The notes beneath the pieces are model-generated. The model worked only from the letters and a program-made list of their open reading frames with translations. It searched no databases and was not told the DNA's origin. The translations under genes were made by a program, and so were the position numbers. A stretch of 64,000 nt of DNA from Dudresnaya verticillata. Lineage: Eukaryota. The stretch covers positions 248,001 to 312,000 of the forward strand of contig OZ374561.1 of the NCBI GenBank assembly GCA_977862235.1, given 5' to 3'. Shown here one piece after another: positions 1 to 11,200 of this stretch (the first letter of the stretch is position 1; each line of letters begins with the position of its first letter).

Positions 1-798
1 ATACGGACCCAGGAATTGCGGGACTTCGATTTGTCCTCGAGTACCCCATATCACAGCATCTTGCACAAAAGTAGTAGCTCCGTCGACGATAAAATTCAAC
101 GACAACCTGTCATGCTCGCCGGTTCCCAGCACGAGAACACCCTCCACACTCTCGATGCTACCTGGAAAGTTCGGGTGGTACTTTGCAGTGCACGAAACGG
201 ACAAAATATTGCTCGCCCTTTCCACTCCAATGTATGTTACAAATGAACGCATGACATACCAACCAAGGTCGCCTAGTGCACCCATGGGCTCAAGCTTCGG
301 ATCTGCACGAATGTTACCCGCCATTTGTATTGGAGCGCCGAACGTTGAAAAGATGCGCTTCACGTCCCCTATTACGCCGTCACGGAGCTTTTCCTTGACT
401 TGAGTTGTGCGACTGGAGTGAACAAAATGCGTCGCATCCATGAAGATTACGTTGTTTTCCGAGCAGGCATCGATAATGCGCTGTACGTCTTCGGCGCTCG
501 CAAAAGGCTTGTCAACTAACACGTGCATTCCAGCGGATGCGAAACGAACGGCCCATTCCGTTGATAGGGCTGTGGGCAAAGGAATGTATATCGCGTTCAA
601 ATCCTGCCCAAACATGTCTTCATATGTGCATGCAATAGGAATACCATTCTCACTGGCAAATCGTTGTGCCTTTTCCAGGCTACGAGAGGCAACCGCCGCA
701 CAAACACAGTTTGGAACGTACTTGAGAGCAGACAGCACTGCCTTGCCGATGTCCGCAGTTGACAGGATGCCAAGCTTGACAGGCGCAGCAATAGGCAT
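1..798 (-). CDS. Gfo/Idh/MocA family NAD(P)-dependent oxidoreductase (3' end outside window; not in ORF track)
   Basis: Manual translation from ATG at 798: MPIAAPVKLGILSTADIG..AVASRSLEKAQRFA..AIYIPLPT..HVLVDKPF..FMDATHFVH..NIRADPKLEPMGALGDLGWY. Frame stays open to position 1. Confidence 0.9.
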   Translation of the reverse strand, partial: MPIAAPVKLGILSTADIGKAVLSALKYVPNCVCAAVASRSLEKAQRFASENGIPIACTYEDMFGQDLNAIYIPLPTALSTEWAVRFASAGMHVLVDKPFASAEDVQRIIDACSENNVIFMDATHFVHSSRTTQVKEKLRDGVIGDVKRIFSTFGAPIQMAGNIRADPKLEPMGALGDLGWYVMRSFVTYIGVERASNILSVSCTAKYHPNFPGSIESVEGVLVLGTGEHDRLSLNFIVDGATTFVQDAVIWGTRGQIEVPQFLGPY

Positions 799-1281
799 TT
801 TGGATCCCAGGATTTTCTGCTGTTCTTGTAGGAAGAAAGAAGCGAGATGAAAACGGAAGCGGGATGTGGTGTGGGCAGGACAATCGGTGGGGGTTGAGGG
901 TGAGGCTGCGGGAGACCAGGGCAGGGTAAACACGAGTGGGGTGCGTATAGAGCTCGTGAGGGTGTGCTGGCAGAGCGAGTCACTCCATTCGCGGAACGGC
1001 GGAACTGTAGCATCTCATTTTGCAGCGAAAAGTGAATACTTTCCAGATTTTTGATTCGAAACAGTTTCCGCCGGCCGCAGAGGTTCATTGCTCTTTTGAT
1101 CCGCCGGGCCTCCGCCATTTATCCGCCCGACAGCGACAACCGTTCGCACTTCTAGCGCCCTCCACCACCTCTCAGAGCGAAACGAAACGCCCTCATCGTT
1201 GGAGCCTCTCCGGCTCTTTCTCAGCACTGGAGCCCGCTCCAGACGCATTCTCCGCAGCGACGTGACAGCGCCGCTATTACG

Positions 1282-3414
1282 ATGGGTGCCTCGGCCGAGC
1301 GTGCCTCCCCGCAAAGCGGCACCCCTGGAGGCACGAGGACGGCTGCCGCCTCTGGAAGCCCAACACTCGCTGCCTCGGACCCCGCCGCCACCGCTCAACC
1401 CGACCTGCGCTCCATTCTGAGCCGCAGGGAGAAGCCGCGCGACGGCACCGTGCTTTCACGGCTCGGTGCAGTGCGCGCCACGGACGCCGCCGCCGCAGAG
1501 GTGGACGAGCAGTCGCGGGACGCAGCCCCCGGTGAACGCCAGTCAAGCCCACGCCAATTAGACGCGCGATTCACAGAGGAGGCGTCTCGCTCGCCGCAGA
1601 GAGAGCTCCCGCAGAGCGAGCTTCCGCCGCAAGACCCGGATGCCTCTAGTCATGCACCTGATGATGGTCGCGTGGAGTCGGAGCAAGCCCCCGTGAGAGA
1701 TGGTGAACAGAACGCCGCTTCGAAAGGGGACTCACCTGCGAGTCCCGACCCGCCGTCGGGGCGCAGTAATGAGTCACGCGGGCGTGAGATGTGTTCGCCT
1801 GAGCAGGACACGGGGAAGGAGAAGGTCCGTCATACAGATCGTGACTCCAAGTGGGGCCGCTCTCCACCACCCCTTCCACAGAGCCCGGACTCAATGCCGA
1901 ACTCCGTTGAAGGGCCCAGTGGTATACGCAAGTGCGTAGCTAGCGAGGACCGTGAGCCGGATGTGGAGAGTCTTGCCAATGCTGTCATGCCGGTCACGAG
2001 TCCAGTTGAGAAGGAGGGGAAACGCTCCGCAAGCGACCGAGATATCGTGAACAAGGGATCTCACCATCGTGGAGATGGCCCTGGACGCGAAGATGGAGCT
2101 CCTCTGTCTCCTGCGAGAGGTACACCTGATCGTTCAGATGATCTACACGATAGTCGCAGAAAGCGCAGACGCGAGCGCAGTGGTTCTGAGACCGACGAGT
2201 CACGTGAACGCCGTCGTCGTCGTCGCCGGAGACGCAGGAGAGATTCTGATGTTGAGGACGAAAGAGATTATCGCAGGCGAGATGATTCAGAGTATGATGA
2301 CGACCGAGAGTACAGGCGACGACGGCGTCGTCGCAGGAGAAGGAGCTACAGCAGAAGTCCGCCTCGCAGGTCGCGCTCTGAAGAGGAAGAACGCCAGCAA
2401 CGTAGAGAAGCCCGTAGGGCTCGTCGCCGGGAAAGAGAGCTTCGGGAATTAGAGAGAGAGGAGCGCAAAAGGTCAGGCAAACGACAGCGTGGTGCAGAAG
2501 AAGCAGACGGTGCTGATGAACCTACGCTTGGCGACGATGGCCTCGAACCCCGGCGCGAGACAAACATTGGAGGAGATCGGGAGCCCCGTCGCAGCCGTGA
2601 CCATGACGAGCCTCGTGGCAGGAGAAAGCGTAGAAGGCATCGAGATAACGAACAGCGTGGTGACGATCGTCACGTAGACGATGACTTCTACCACGAAAGA
2701 TCGCACGACCACCGTCGTCATAGAGATAATCGTTACAGGGAGGACCGAGCGGAGCCGCTCCGTGATGATGATGATACCCGTGGTAGACATCGTCGAGGGG
2801 CCGAAGGGCATCGTGAAAGGATGCGGTATCCTGAGAAGGGGATGCGAGTGGAAGAGCATCCCAGGCGAGATAGGCGTGAGCAGCATTCCCCCGTTCGTTC
2901 TCACGGCCAGGGAGGTCTGTCCAAAAGGCAGCAAACCCCTAGCAGCCCTCATCACGGATTTGGGTTTCGTGCATTGACTGATGGATTGTCACGGCCTCGT
3001 TCACCGGTGGGTCCAAGCGGTAGTCATGGGCAATACGAAGGGCGAAAGCATCGCAGCGATTTAGCGAGTGCTACTTTCGAGGAGCGCTCTTCTAGACGGG
3101 GTGGTCATCGAGAAGGCCGGGACCGAGTAGACAGGTACTCCCAGCAGAGACCATCGAGAGAAGACAACGGGCGGCAATCAAGTGCTGTGCAAAGAGGGAG
3201 GGGCGTTGAAAGAGCCTCAGACTCAGCAGTGCATGATACCCCTTGGGACAGCCGGCCGCAAGAGCAACAAGATGCAGTGCCAGACCAAGCTCCCGTTAAG
3301 GAGCCGCGGGGAAAGCTGAAACTTGGTTTGTTGCGGTTAAAAGTTCTGGATAGTATGAAGAGACCGACTGCGAAGAATGATGCATCGAAGACAATTCGGG
3401 ACCCGAAGCGTTAG
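1282..3414 (+). CDS. Arg/Ser/Asp/Glu-rich low-complexity protein (SR-related, probably nuclear)
   Basis: 710-aa ORF in moderate-GC DNA, with poly-Arg, RSRS and RD/RE tracts. No folded domain recognised. Confidence 0.7.
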   Translation: MGASAERASPQSGTPGGTRTAAASGSPTLAASDPAATAQPDLRSILSRREKPRDGTVLSRLGAVRATDAAAAEVDEQSRDAAPGERQSSPRQLDARFTEEASRSPQRELPQSELPPQDPDASSHAPDDGRVESEQAPVRDGEQNAASKGDSPASPDPPSGRSNESRGREMCSPEQDTGKEKVRHTDRDSKWGRSPPPLPQSPDSMPNSVEGPSGIRKCVASEDREPDVESLANAVMPVTSPVEKEGKRSASDRDIVNKGSHHRGDGPGREDGAPLSPARGTPDRSDDLHDSRRKRRRERSGSETDESRERRRRRRRRRRRDSDVEDERDYRRRDDSEYDDDREYRRRRRRRRRRSYSRSPPRRSRSEEEERQQRREARRARRRERELRELEREERKRSGKRQRGAEEADGADEPTLGDDGLEPRRETNIGGDREPRRSRDHDEPRGRRKRRRHRDNEQRGDDRHVDDDFYHERSHDHRRHRDNRYREDRAEPLRDDDDTRGRHRRGAEGHRERMRYPEKGMRVEEHPRRDRREQHSPVRSHGQGGLSKRQQTPSSPHHGFGFRALTDGLSRPRSPVGPSGSHGQYEGRKHRSDLASATFEERSSRRGGHREGRDRVDRYSQQRPSREDNGRQSSAVQRGRGVERASDSAVHDTPWDSRPQEQQDAVPDQAPVKEPRGKLKLGLLRLKVLDSMKRPTAKNDASKTIRDPKR

Positions 3415-3680
3415 GTCATCCTTGCATGCGGTCCCATGCTCAGCATTCAATATGGACAACGATTCTCACTACTAACTGCGATTGGCATCAATTTAAGAGG
3501 TACGTGTAGAGTTCCGTCCAACTTGTTTTTTCCCTGCATTCACAGTGTTCTACTGCCCTCCAATTCATATCTTTCGAACCAACAGCTAGCTGCCTGACAG
3601 GCAATTGTGACTGCACTTTTGCCATTGACATGGAGAGTCTCTCTCTCGCGTTTACGCCGAGGATGCGCTACAAGTGCGAA

Positions 3681-4338
3681 TCAGGTGCCCCGATATTTGG
3701 TCAACATGTACTTCTCAATGGCGTCTTTGTCCATTCTCATCATTTGCCAGACGCCGTTATCTGGCGGGACTGCCCCGACTGACTTGTACAGTTGAATTGC
3801 TCGTTCATTCCAATTCAATACAGTCCAGTCCATTCTTCCGCATTTGTTGTCATAGGCCTCCTTAACGCAATGGGCTAACAATCTGCCGCCTAGGCCTTTG
3901 CCTCTGTGCTTCGGTTGTACATAGACTGTCACCACATCAGTACAGACGAGTACCCGTAAGGCAAGTTTGCAAAACCATATATTGGTACGAGTTAGTTGCA
4001 GGCAGATATCGGGAGAAGTTCCGCCGGTTTCAAGACGCTGGAGGATGTAGCAACATACGGTCTTGAAGATAAAATGACTTGCCCGTCCATGTGCTATATG
4101 TGAAGTACCAAAGCGCGAGACCTACTGGGACCCACAGGTCCTCTTGTAGGTGCTCACCGAGCACAGCAAAAAAGAGTGGGTGGTCCGTCTCAAAGCCATC
4201 CCTCTTGAAGTCGTCAATGGTTTGAGAAACAGCGTGGGGTTGTTGTTCGAAGGAAGCTAACTCTTTGACAAGCGCATGGATTGCTTCGGCATCAGAGGCA
4301 TCCGCACAGCGACGTAATCTATAAGAAGCTTGCATCAT
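3681..4338 (-). CDS. GNAT N-acetyltransferase, diamine acetyltransferase (SSAT)-like; 2 exons (4338-4059, 3925-3681)
   Basis: Removing intron 4058-3926 (GTATGT..CAG, 133 nt) gives 174 aa with WYFTYSTWTGKSFYLQDLYVQPKHRGKGLG and VLNWNERAIQLYKSVGA motifs. Confidence 0.9.
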
Positions 4339-4860
4339 GAAGTCCGTGCCTTGTACAGTATGGTAGCCTCGAACCCTTGAATCTGACAACTAGGCTACGG
4401 AAGCCCTGCTAGCCTCGTTCACGCTTTGAAGGGACGTCCAACGGTTGGGAGCTTAGCCGGCGTTGACAAGAGACGCTGTCCAGGTTTAGATTCCGGAGGT
4501 CACCGAGACATCTCCGGCAAAGCTCAAAAAACCAGGCCCCACATCTACAGTACCAGCCTTCAGGAGGGATTGAGCGAGAAGGCTCGGAGAATTTGCAGGT
4601 TTTTTTTTTGGTGATAGTACCGTGGCTGCAATACGGCGGGTGCTAAGAATGCGAAGCAATGCGAGGGAAAGCAACGGGAACCATGATGGCACTGGACCAC
4701 TTTGAGCCTGCAAGTTGAATCATCACCGTAAAACGAAGAGCCGGAATAAAAAGATATGATACGAGTTTCGTTTGCAGTACTATATAAGCATATAAACATA
4801 GATACCCCTCAGCACAAAGATGTGCAGAACTATTCACAACTGAAGCGGTACATCTCGGCA

Positions 4861-5970
4861 CTAGTCATTATATGGCTTGTGCGCTAGGTATATGTTCAGG
4901 TGACGAAGGCTGTACGAATTGCTCCCTACGCAGCGGTGGATCTCGTACAGTGGGCACTTGCTGGGAAATACAAATGCCTTCTCTAGACGACCTCGAGCGC
5001 CAGATTTGCACGTCGTTCTGCTTGCCTTGCTTGTGCCAAAAACGGTGCTAACCCGAGTCTCTACTGCAATGGAAGAGTTGCAGAAGTTTCGGTACAAAAT
5101 AATGTCATCATAATCGTTCTTAACTTCCATGAAAAGTTCCCTGAAGAATGCGCGGTTGTGAAAGTTAAGATACTCGTCATCGTCCACCATAAGTACCATG
5201 TCCGTGTCGCGGTTTTTATACATGCAGTCGTTTGTCTGCACCTTTTGAGCATCTCTTGAATAGTTTCGCCAATTGTGGGCCACAAGTTCATCGTATACAT
5301 GGGACGCCACGCTCCCATCACGAAGATCATTCAGGTACCAGGGCACAACTACGAACTTATCTGGCTCAGCAGCCAACGGCTGAAATGACGAAGTATGTTC
5401 CCTCGCGTTGCTGTACAAGAAAATTCTGTCAACGAAGTTGCGATAGAACTGGATAAAAGGCCGAATCTGTGCTAGGCCCCGTTTTGTGTAAACACAAAGG
5501 TTCAGCTCGTCCTTTCTGTGGTCATAGTATTTAGGACAATCCATGGTATAGGAACACCATCCAATATCGTATCGTAGAATCTGAACGTTTTTCCTTATGA
5601 GCATCGATGATTCCACAGGGGCGTCAACGACGAAAGTCTGATGCCCAGACTTTATCGAAACGTTGCGTAGCTGATTCCCGTTCATCCAAAACTTTAGCGA
5701 AGAAGTTTGAAATTCTTTGAGATGCATGCCGAAGATGGTCACAAACTTGTCGTTGTGGACATAGCATCGGTACGGAATGAAGTCGTTTGACGATAACGTC
5801 ATGCTGTTAATGCCTGTGTAGCGCTGTGAGTTGCACACTTCACGACTTCTCGGCCGGGTCCCGATCTCACGGCCCGGGTCCCTATAGATCCATATCCCGA
5901 ACGTCGTCATCGACGCTAGTGCAAAAGCGCAAAGCAAAGAAAAGGTAGCTGTCAAGCATGATACCGCCAT
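4861..5970 (-). CDS. Type II membrane glycosyltransferase, GT92/DUF23-like
   Basis: N-terminal hydrophobic anchor, then 'FIQFYRNFVDRIFLYSN', 'QKVQTNDCMYKNR..MVLMVDDDEYL' (NDC and DxDE motifs) and a C-terminal K..V.P..IH. Start ATG (5970) is uncertain. Confidence 0.7.
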   Translation of the reverse strand: MAVSCLTATFSLLCAFALASMTTFGIWIYRDPGREIGTRPRSREVCNSQRYTGINSMTLSSNDFIPYRCYVHNDKFVTIFGMHLKEFQTSSLKFWMNGNQLRNVSIKSGHQTFVVDAPVESSMLIRKNVQILRYDIGWCSYTMDCPKYYDHRKDELNLCVYTKRGLAQIRPFIQFYRNFVDRIFLYSNAREHTSSFQPLAAEPDKFVVVPWYLNDLRDGSVASHVYDELVAHNWRNYSRDAQKVQTNDCMYKNRDTDMVLMVDDDEYLNFHNRAFFRELFMEVKNDYDDIILYRNFCNSSIAVETRVSTVFGTSKASRTTCKSGARGRLEKAFVFPSKCPLYEIHRCVGSNSYSLRHLNIYLAHKPYND

Positions 5971-7837
5971 GAGTTGTCTCAAGACCCCGCCCACAGCCTT
6001 GCGATGTGCACTGTGGAGACTCGAAACAGAGAGCTTGAGCGGTGCGAAGTACCCTCTGTTTCCCTCTGCGAAAAGAGAGGCTTGATACAATTCGCAAGAG
6101 TGCTCGGCTCAGACCTTCCTCTATTGCACAGAAAGGACCCAGACGCCCTGATACCAAAGGCTCAATATGGAATCCATACAGAGGGTGGCCGCGGACGAGT
6201 TCAAGAACGCTTTTCACCAGGATAGGTCACGGAAGCAGACCGCGATTTAGACCCAGCGGGAGGCGGGCCAACGCTTTTGCCAGGCCGATTTCGGCGGCGC
6301 TATTGCATCCTCTGGCTGCCACGCCATGAATCACTACGCCACACCCTTCAGTAGCTATCCGTCGTGCACAGAGCAGCGCCCAAACGCGCCACAAGATACT
6401 CCCTGTCGCCGCACGACGCGCCGTTCGCGCTGTTGCGCGCCATGGCCAGGATGCGCTAGCGCGCGGAAGCACCCATTCGCGCCGCCAGCGCGCGCACGGC
6501 GGAATCACGGCCCGGAGCGTTGCAAAGCTGGGTTCGCCACCGATTCTGGCGGATGCGCCCGGCTGCGTTTGAAAAGCACAGCCAGCGTTTCAAGCGTATC
6601 CTAGGTTGCTGCGCGCCGGCGAGCAACAAGCTGGATTTCGCCGCGCAAAGGCCCCCCGGCCGAAGGCGGAGGAAGGGCACAGCCTGCCGCGCTAGGTGAT
6701 CCCTGGCTTGGCGTGCTGCAAGACCAACGTTGCCTCGCTTCCAGGCTCTCCATGCTGCGCTAAGCTGGGCGCATGCATCCTCCCGCGTGCATGATTCAGA
6801 AGGTTGAGGCTTTCAGACTAGCCATGTAGCAGGGGTCCATGGCCCCTCAGACGTCAAGTCATCAGCTGGGCAGCTGCCAACAAAAGCAAATCGCGAATCA
6901 TTTTGTTACACATATGTAACGTGTAAAATGGAGACGTTTATTTGCGGCCTTGCAAGGTGTTATATAAAAAGGGATAAAATGCTCTTTCGCTGTGACGAAT
7001 GTGAAGTATACTGCGAAAGGGGCATCAGCGCTGTCGCTGAACGAGTGTAGGACATCGGGTTCGACTGGAGGAGGGTGCCACAAAATGTATACGACAGCGT
7101 GACGGAAAGCAGCCATTCAGACGGGAAGGAATACGCCACATAGAATGTGCGGAGTCCCGGTGCAGCCCACATTTGAAGGCGGCGAGCGATACCCTCCTGT
7201 GTGGAACAGTGCGGTTTCCTGACCTGAACGGCACTCTAAGTGCATGAAGGTCCTTACTTCTTCTCAGCTACGATATTAAGGGGCGCTTGGCACTGAGACA
7301 CCCTTGGTGTTGCGCTTCTGTTGGATCATTTCCCGGTACCTAGGAGCTAATGGCACGGAAGATTACCCGAAAGGTTTTCTGGAGCTTTCACAGCATTGTA
7401 CTGAACCTTACCAGCTAGCTGGGAATATTATTAGGGAACCCGGATCCGCGTGGTCAGCCCTGGGACGGGGTCCGTTGAAACGTTGAGCTCAAAGTACTGC
7501 TGTCCGAGTGGACTCGTACGAAGTACAGAAGGTGCACAGCAGAATCGTTGATAGATATATAGATATGTTATCCATCTCGTTGCCGCAGTCGGTTCCTTTC
7601 ATTGTTTATTCTCTATAATAATGCCAGACAATACTAACAGGTTGTGGACGGCGGAACATCGCTTCACCCGAAGGAACGCTCTCGAAAGAAACACTGGAGG
7701 CATTTCCTGCCCCTCGCTGTATCATGAAGCTAACACTACTCGTCTTCTGGTAGATACCGCGACACGCTACATCTTGCTTTGCCGCGGACATAGTATCACA
7801 CCCTCCGCGCGCCATCAAAAAAGAATAAAAAAGAAAC

Positions 7838-7911
7838 CGATTCTGGCAGGACTTGAACCTGCAATCTCCGGATCCGTAGACCGATGCCTTATCCAATTTG
7901 GCCACAGAACC
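7838..7911 (-). tRNA. tRNA-Arg(ACG)
   Basis: GGTTCTG TGGCCAAATTGGATAAGGCA TCGGT CTACGGA TCCGG AGATT GCAGGTTCAAGTCCTGC CAGAATC G folds as a cloverleaf, with A/B boxes and a downstream T-run (Pol III terminator). Confidence 0.95.
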
Positions 7912-8279
7912 TTGCTGCCCGTCCCAGCCGATTTCAACCTTTATGTACTTTGCCCAACGCGTGCGCCAGTTGGCGAGCCGTAATTGGCCCGGTGGCGTCT
8001 GGTTCCTCGTTTGATTGGGTGTATCTGGCAAGCGCGCGCTGACCAAGCGAAAGACTGCCTGCCCCCGAAAAATACTGCACATTCAATTCCCGAATCTGCC
8101 GCTTGCACTCGCTCCGGCACAATTCCTCATTCATGGCCTTACACCCCCGCCACACACGCGCAACGCCAATTCATTTCCCCCGCCATCACTTCCATCCCCG
8201 CGCGCCGCCCCCGCCCCCCCCCCGCCATCGCGCCGCGTCCAATGCATCCCCTCCGCCGCGCGCGCGCCCCCCACCCGCG

Positions 8280-11200
8280 ATGAACGCCGCCGCCGCCGCC
8301 GCCGCCGCGGCCTCCACGCGCGCCGCCGCCGCGCCCGCCACCGCAAAGCCGCGCCGGTGCGCGCCGCCGCGCGCGCCGCCGCTCCCGCTGCTGCTGGCGC
8401 TGCGCGTGGCCACGGGGCTGCACCTGCTCCTCGCCGCCGTCTCCCCGCGCGGCTCCGCGCTCAGCGCGTCGGCCGCGCCGCTGCTCGGCCTGCTCCTCCT
8501 GCAGTCGGGCTTCCTGCTCGCGCACGCGCACGCGCGCGCGCACGCGGCGCGCGCCTTCTCCGCCGCGCGCTTCTACGCCGCGCGCGCGGCGCGCCTCTAC
8601 CCGGTGTACGCGCTGTCGCTGGCGCTGCACGCGGCGCTGCACGCGGGCGCGCGCGGGCGCGCGGCCGCGCGTGCGGCCGCCGCGGCCGCGCTGCTGTCGC
8701 CGTACGTGCCGGACGCGCTGGCGTTTGCGCCGGGCGCGGCCGCGGCCGCGGCGCAGCCGCTGGTGCCCGCGCTGGCGCTGTGCTACGTCGTGCTGCCGCC
8801 GCTGCTGGACGTGGTGCCGGCCGCGGCCACGCCGCGCGCGCGCCACCTGCCCGCCGCGGCCGCGCTGCTGTGGCTGTGCACGCTGGCGCAGGCCGCGTGG
8901 CTGGCGCACCCGCCGGCCGCGCGCGACGGCGCGCGCGCGGTCATGCTGCTGGACTTTGCCGCGTTTGTGCCGTGCCTCGCCTGCGTCCCGGCCTTTGCGC
9001 TGGGCGTCGTGCTCGCGAACGCGTTTTTGCGCGCGGCGGCGGACAAGCCGCCGCCGCCGCTCGCCGCGCGCTGCAGAGATGCGGTGCTGGCCGCGCTGGC
9101 GCTGTTGGTCGCCATGCGAATGGTGCTGCCGCTGCTGGTCGCGCTGCAGGCCGCCGAGGGGGAGGGACAGCAGCAGCAGCAGCAGCAGCCGCCGCCGCCG
9201 CCGTTCCTCGCCACCTGGGCCGTGTGTGGCCTGCTGCTCCCGCCCATGTCGGCCGTCGTGTGGACCCTAGCGGCGCTCTCGCGGGGCGGTGCCGACGTGC
9301 ATCCCGCCGAGGACGCAAGGCAGCCGTTGCGCAGCTTGTCCGCCTTCTCGTTCACCGTGTACATGATGGCCGCCCCCGTGTGGCGCATGCTGGGCGCTTC
9401 GTGCCAGTCACACCGACACATCAAGTGGTACTGCCTTCCTCGCCCCGTTTCGCCGCCGCACGTCACTGCCTCCCCGTTGCAGTGGCTCTCTTGGCTGCCG
9501 TGGCGCCACCCAGAGCCGGAAGAGATGCTCACCAGCGCGGCCGCCCAGGCGGGGAGGAGGCTGCTCAGCGTCTCCACTTTTGGAGGGCCGGCGGTGCATC
9601 TGCTCGTGTATTTTCCAGCATTGCTTGTCGTGTCCCTGGCGGTTTATCTCGGCGTGCAGGCACCGCTAGAGGCTTTTATCGTGTCTGCGCATGAGCGTTT
9701 GATGCAGCTTGCGGAGGATGGCTTGTTGTCGCAATCTTCTTTGTGGTCGCGCCTGGTGGTATTGCTCTGTGTAGGGCCTGAGAGAGGGGAGAAGCCGAAG
9801 AGGAGCGCTTCTTTTGCGGAGCGCGTCATTCGTGTGCTGCTATACTATCTCGGCGGCGCGTTCTGCTTGTGGTTTGTATTCCGGTACAGCCTGCCAATAA
9901 CGATTCACGTGTTGCACACAAGGCCAGGTTCGGTATTTTGCCTTCTTCCCAAAATGCTGTACAGCTGCTTTGAGGATGATTCAGGATCAATTGGTAGTGG
10001 CTTGAGCGGTTTGCTCGGCAAGCTTGGCATTGGCTCGAAATTGCTGACGTCTGTTGTGGATGTGGTCCGATGGGTGTCGCTGCTCACACTGCCAACGATG
10101 GTGATCAACATTATTGGGCACATAGTCTTCCCCCGAGCGATATGGAAACGACTCCCGACAGTTGCAGAGATGCTCAGGCAGAAGGACTCCTCATCAGCAG
10201 CGGTGAAAGACCTGGCTGCCGCTGAGCTGGGCTTTTCCACTTCTGGGAATATGCTCACACCAAACACTAATCGAAAGAGACTGCGTCCTGCCCTTCAAAC
10301 TTTGGAGCGGGAAAAGCTTGACCTTGACTTTGTTTTATTTATTCGATATGTAACTCGAGGCAATAGTCCGAGACTGGTTGCACACAATGCAAGAAGAGCG
10401 GCCGAGGTGCTGGCGGAGAGCGGCCTTCCAAAGGAAATGTGGCGAGTCGAGGTTGTCACAGATAATAGGATGGACCTTGCCTCACAGATCCCAGAGCCTT
10501 CAATTAGCGAAATAGTGGTTCCACAAGAGTATACGCCCCCCAATGGGGCAATGTACAAAGCAAGGGCTCTCAACTATGCAATAGAAGCATCTCCAGCAAG
10601 ATCAATGGATTGGATTGTACATTTGGACGAAGAAACACGCTTTGATGCAGATACAATACGGGCCATTTTGCAGCACTGTGGTAGGGAAACATACTTGACG
10701 AGGGTGGCAAAATCACAGCAATGGCCACGAATAGGGCAAGGGCCGATTCTTTTTGGACGTGCCCTAACAGATAGATCTGTTGCTGGAGGCGACTTGGGAG
10801 CTGGAAACTGGTTGACCACGCTCGCGGATTCGGGCCGAGTCTCGGACGACTGCGGGCGTTATCGGATACAGTATGAGTGTGGCGAGGTATGGGTTGGCAT
10901 GCACGGATCGTTCGTGATTGCCGCGAACTGCGTGGAGCAAGAGGTGACGTTTGACCATGGGGTGGACGGAAGTATAGCGGAGGACGCGTTTTTCGCACTA
11001 TTGGCTCGCGCGAAGAACGTGCGGTTTGCTTGGATTGATGCATTAATGTTCGAGCAAAGCCCGTTCACGGTGCAGGACTTTGTTAAGCAACGAGCACGAT
11101 GGCTTGTTGGTGGGTTGCGAGTGGTCTCTAGCAAACACATCCCACTGCGCCTGCGGTTTCTCATGAAGATGCTGACAGGGTTGTGGGCTCTGATGCCGCT

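Noticed and set aside
6830..6848. CATGGCCCCT resembling part of U6 snRNA
   Set aside because: No ACAGAGA box or downstream U6 sequence; it is simply a short imperfect palindrome (AGGGGTCCATGGCCCCT).
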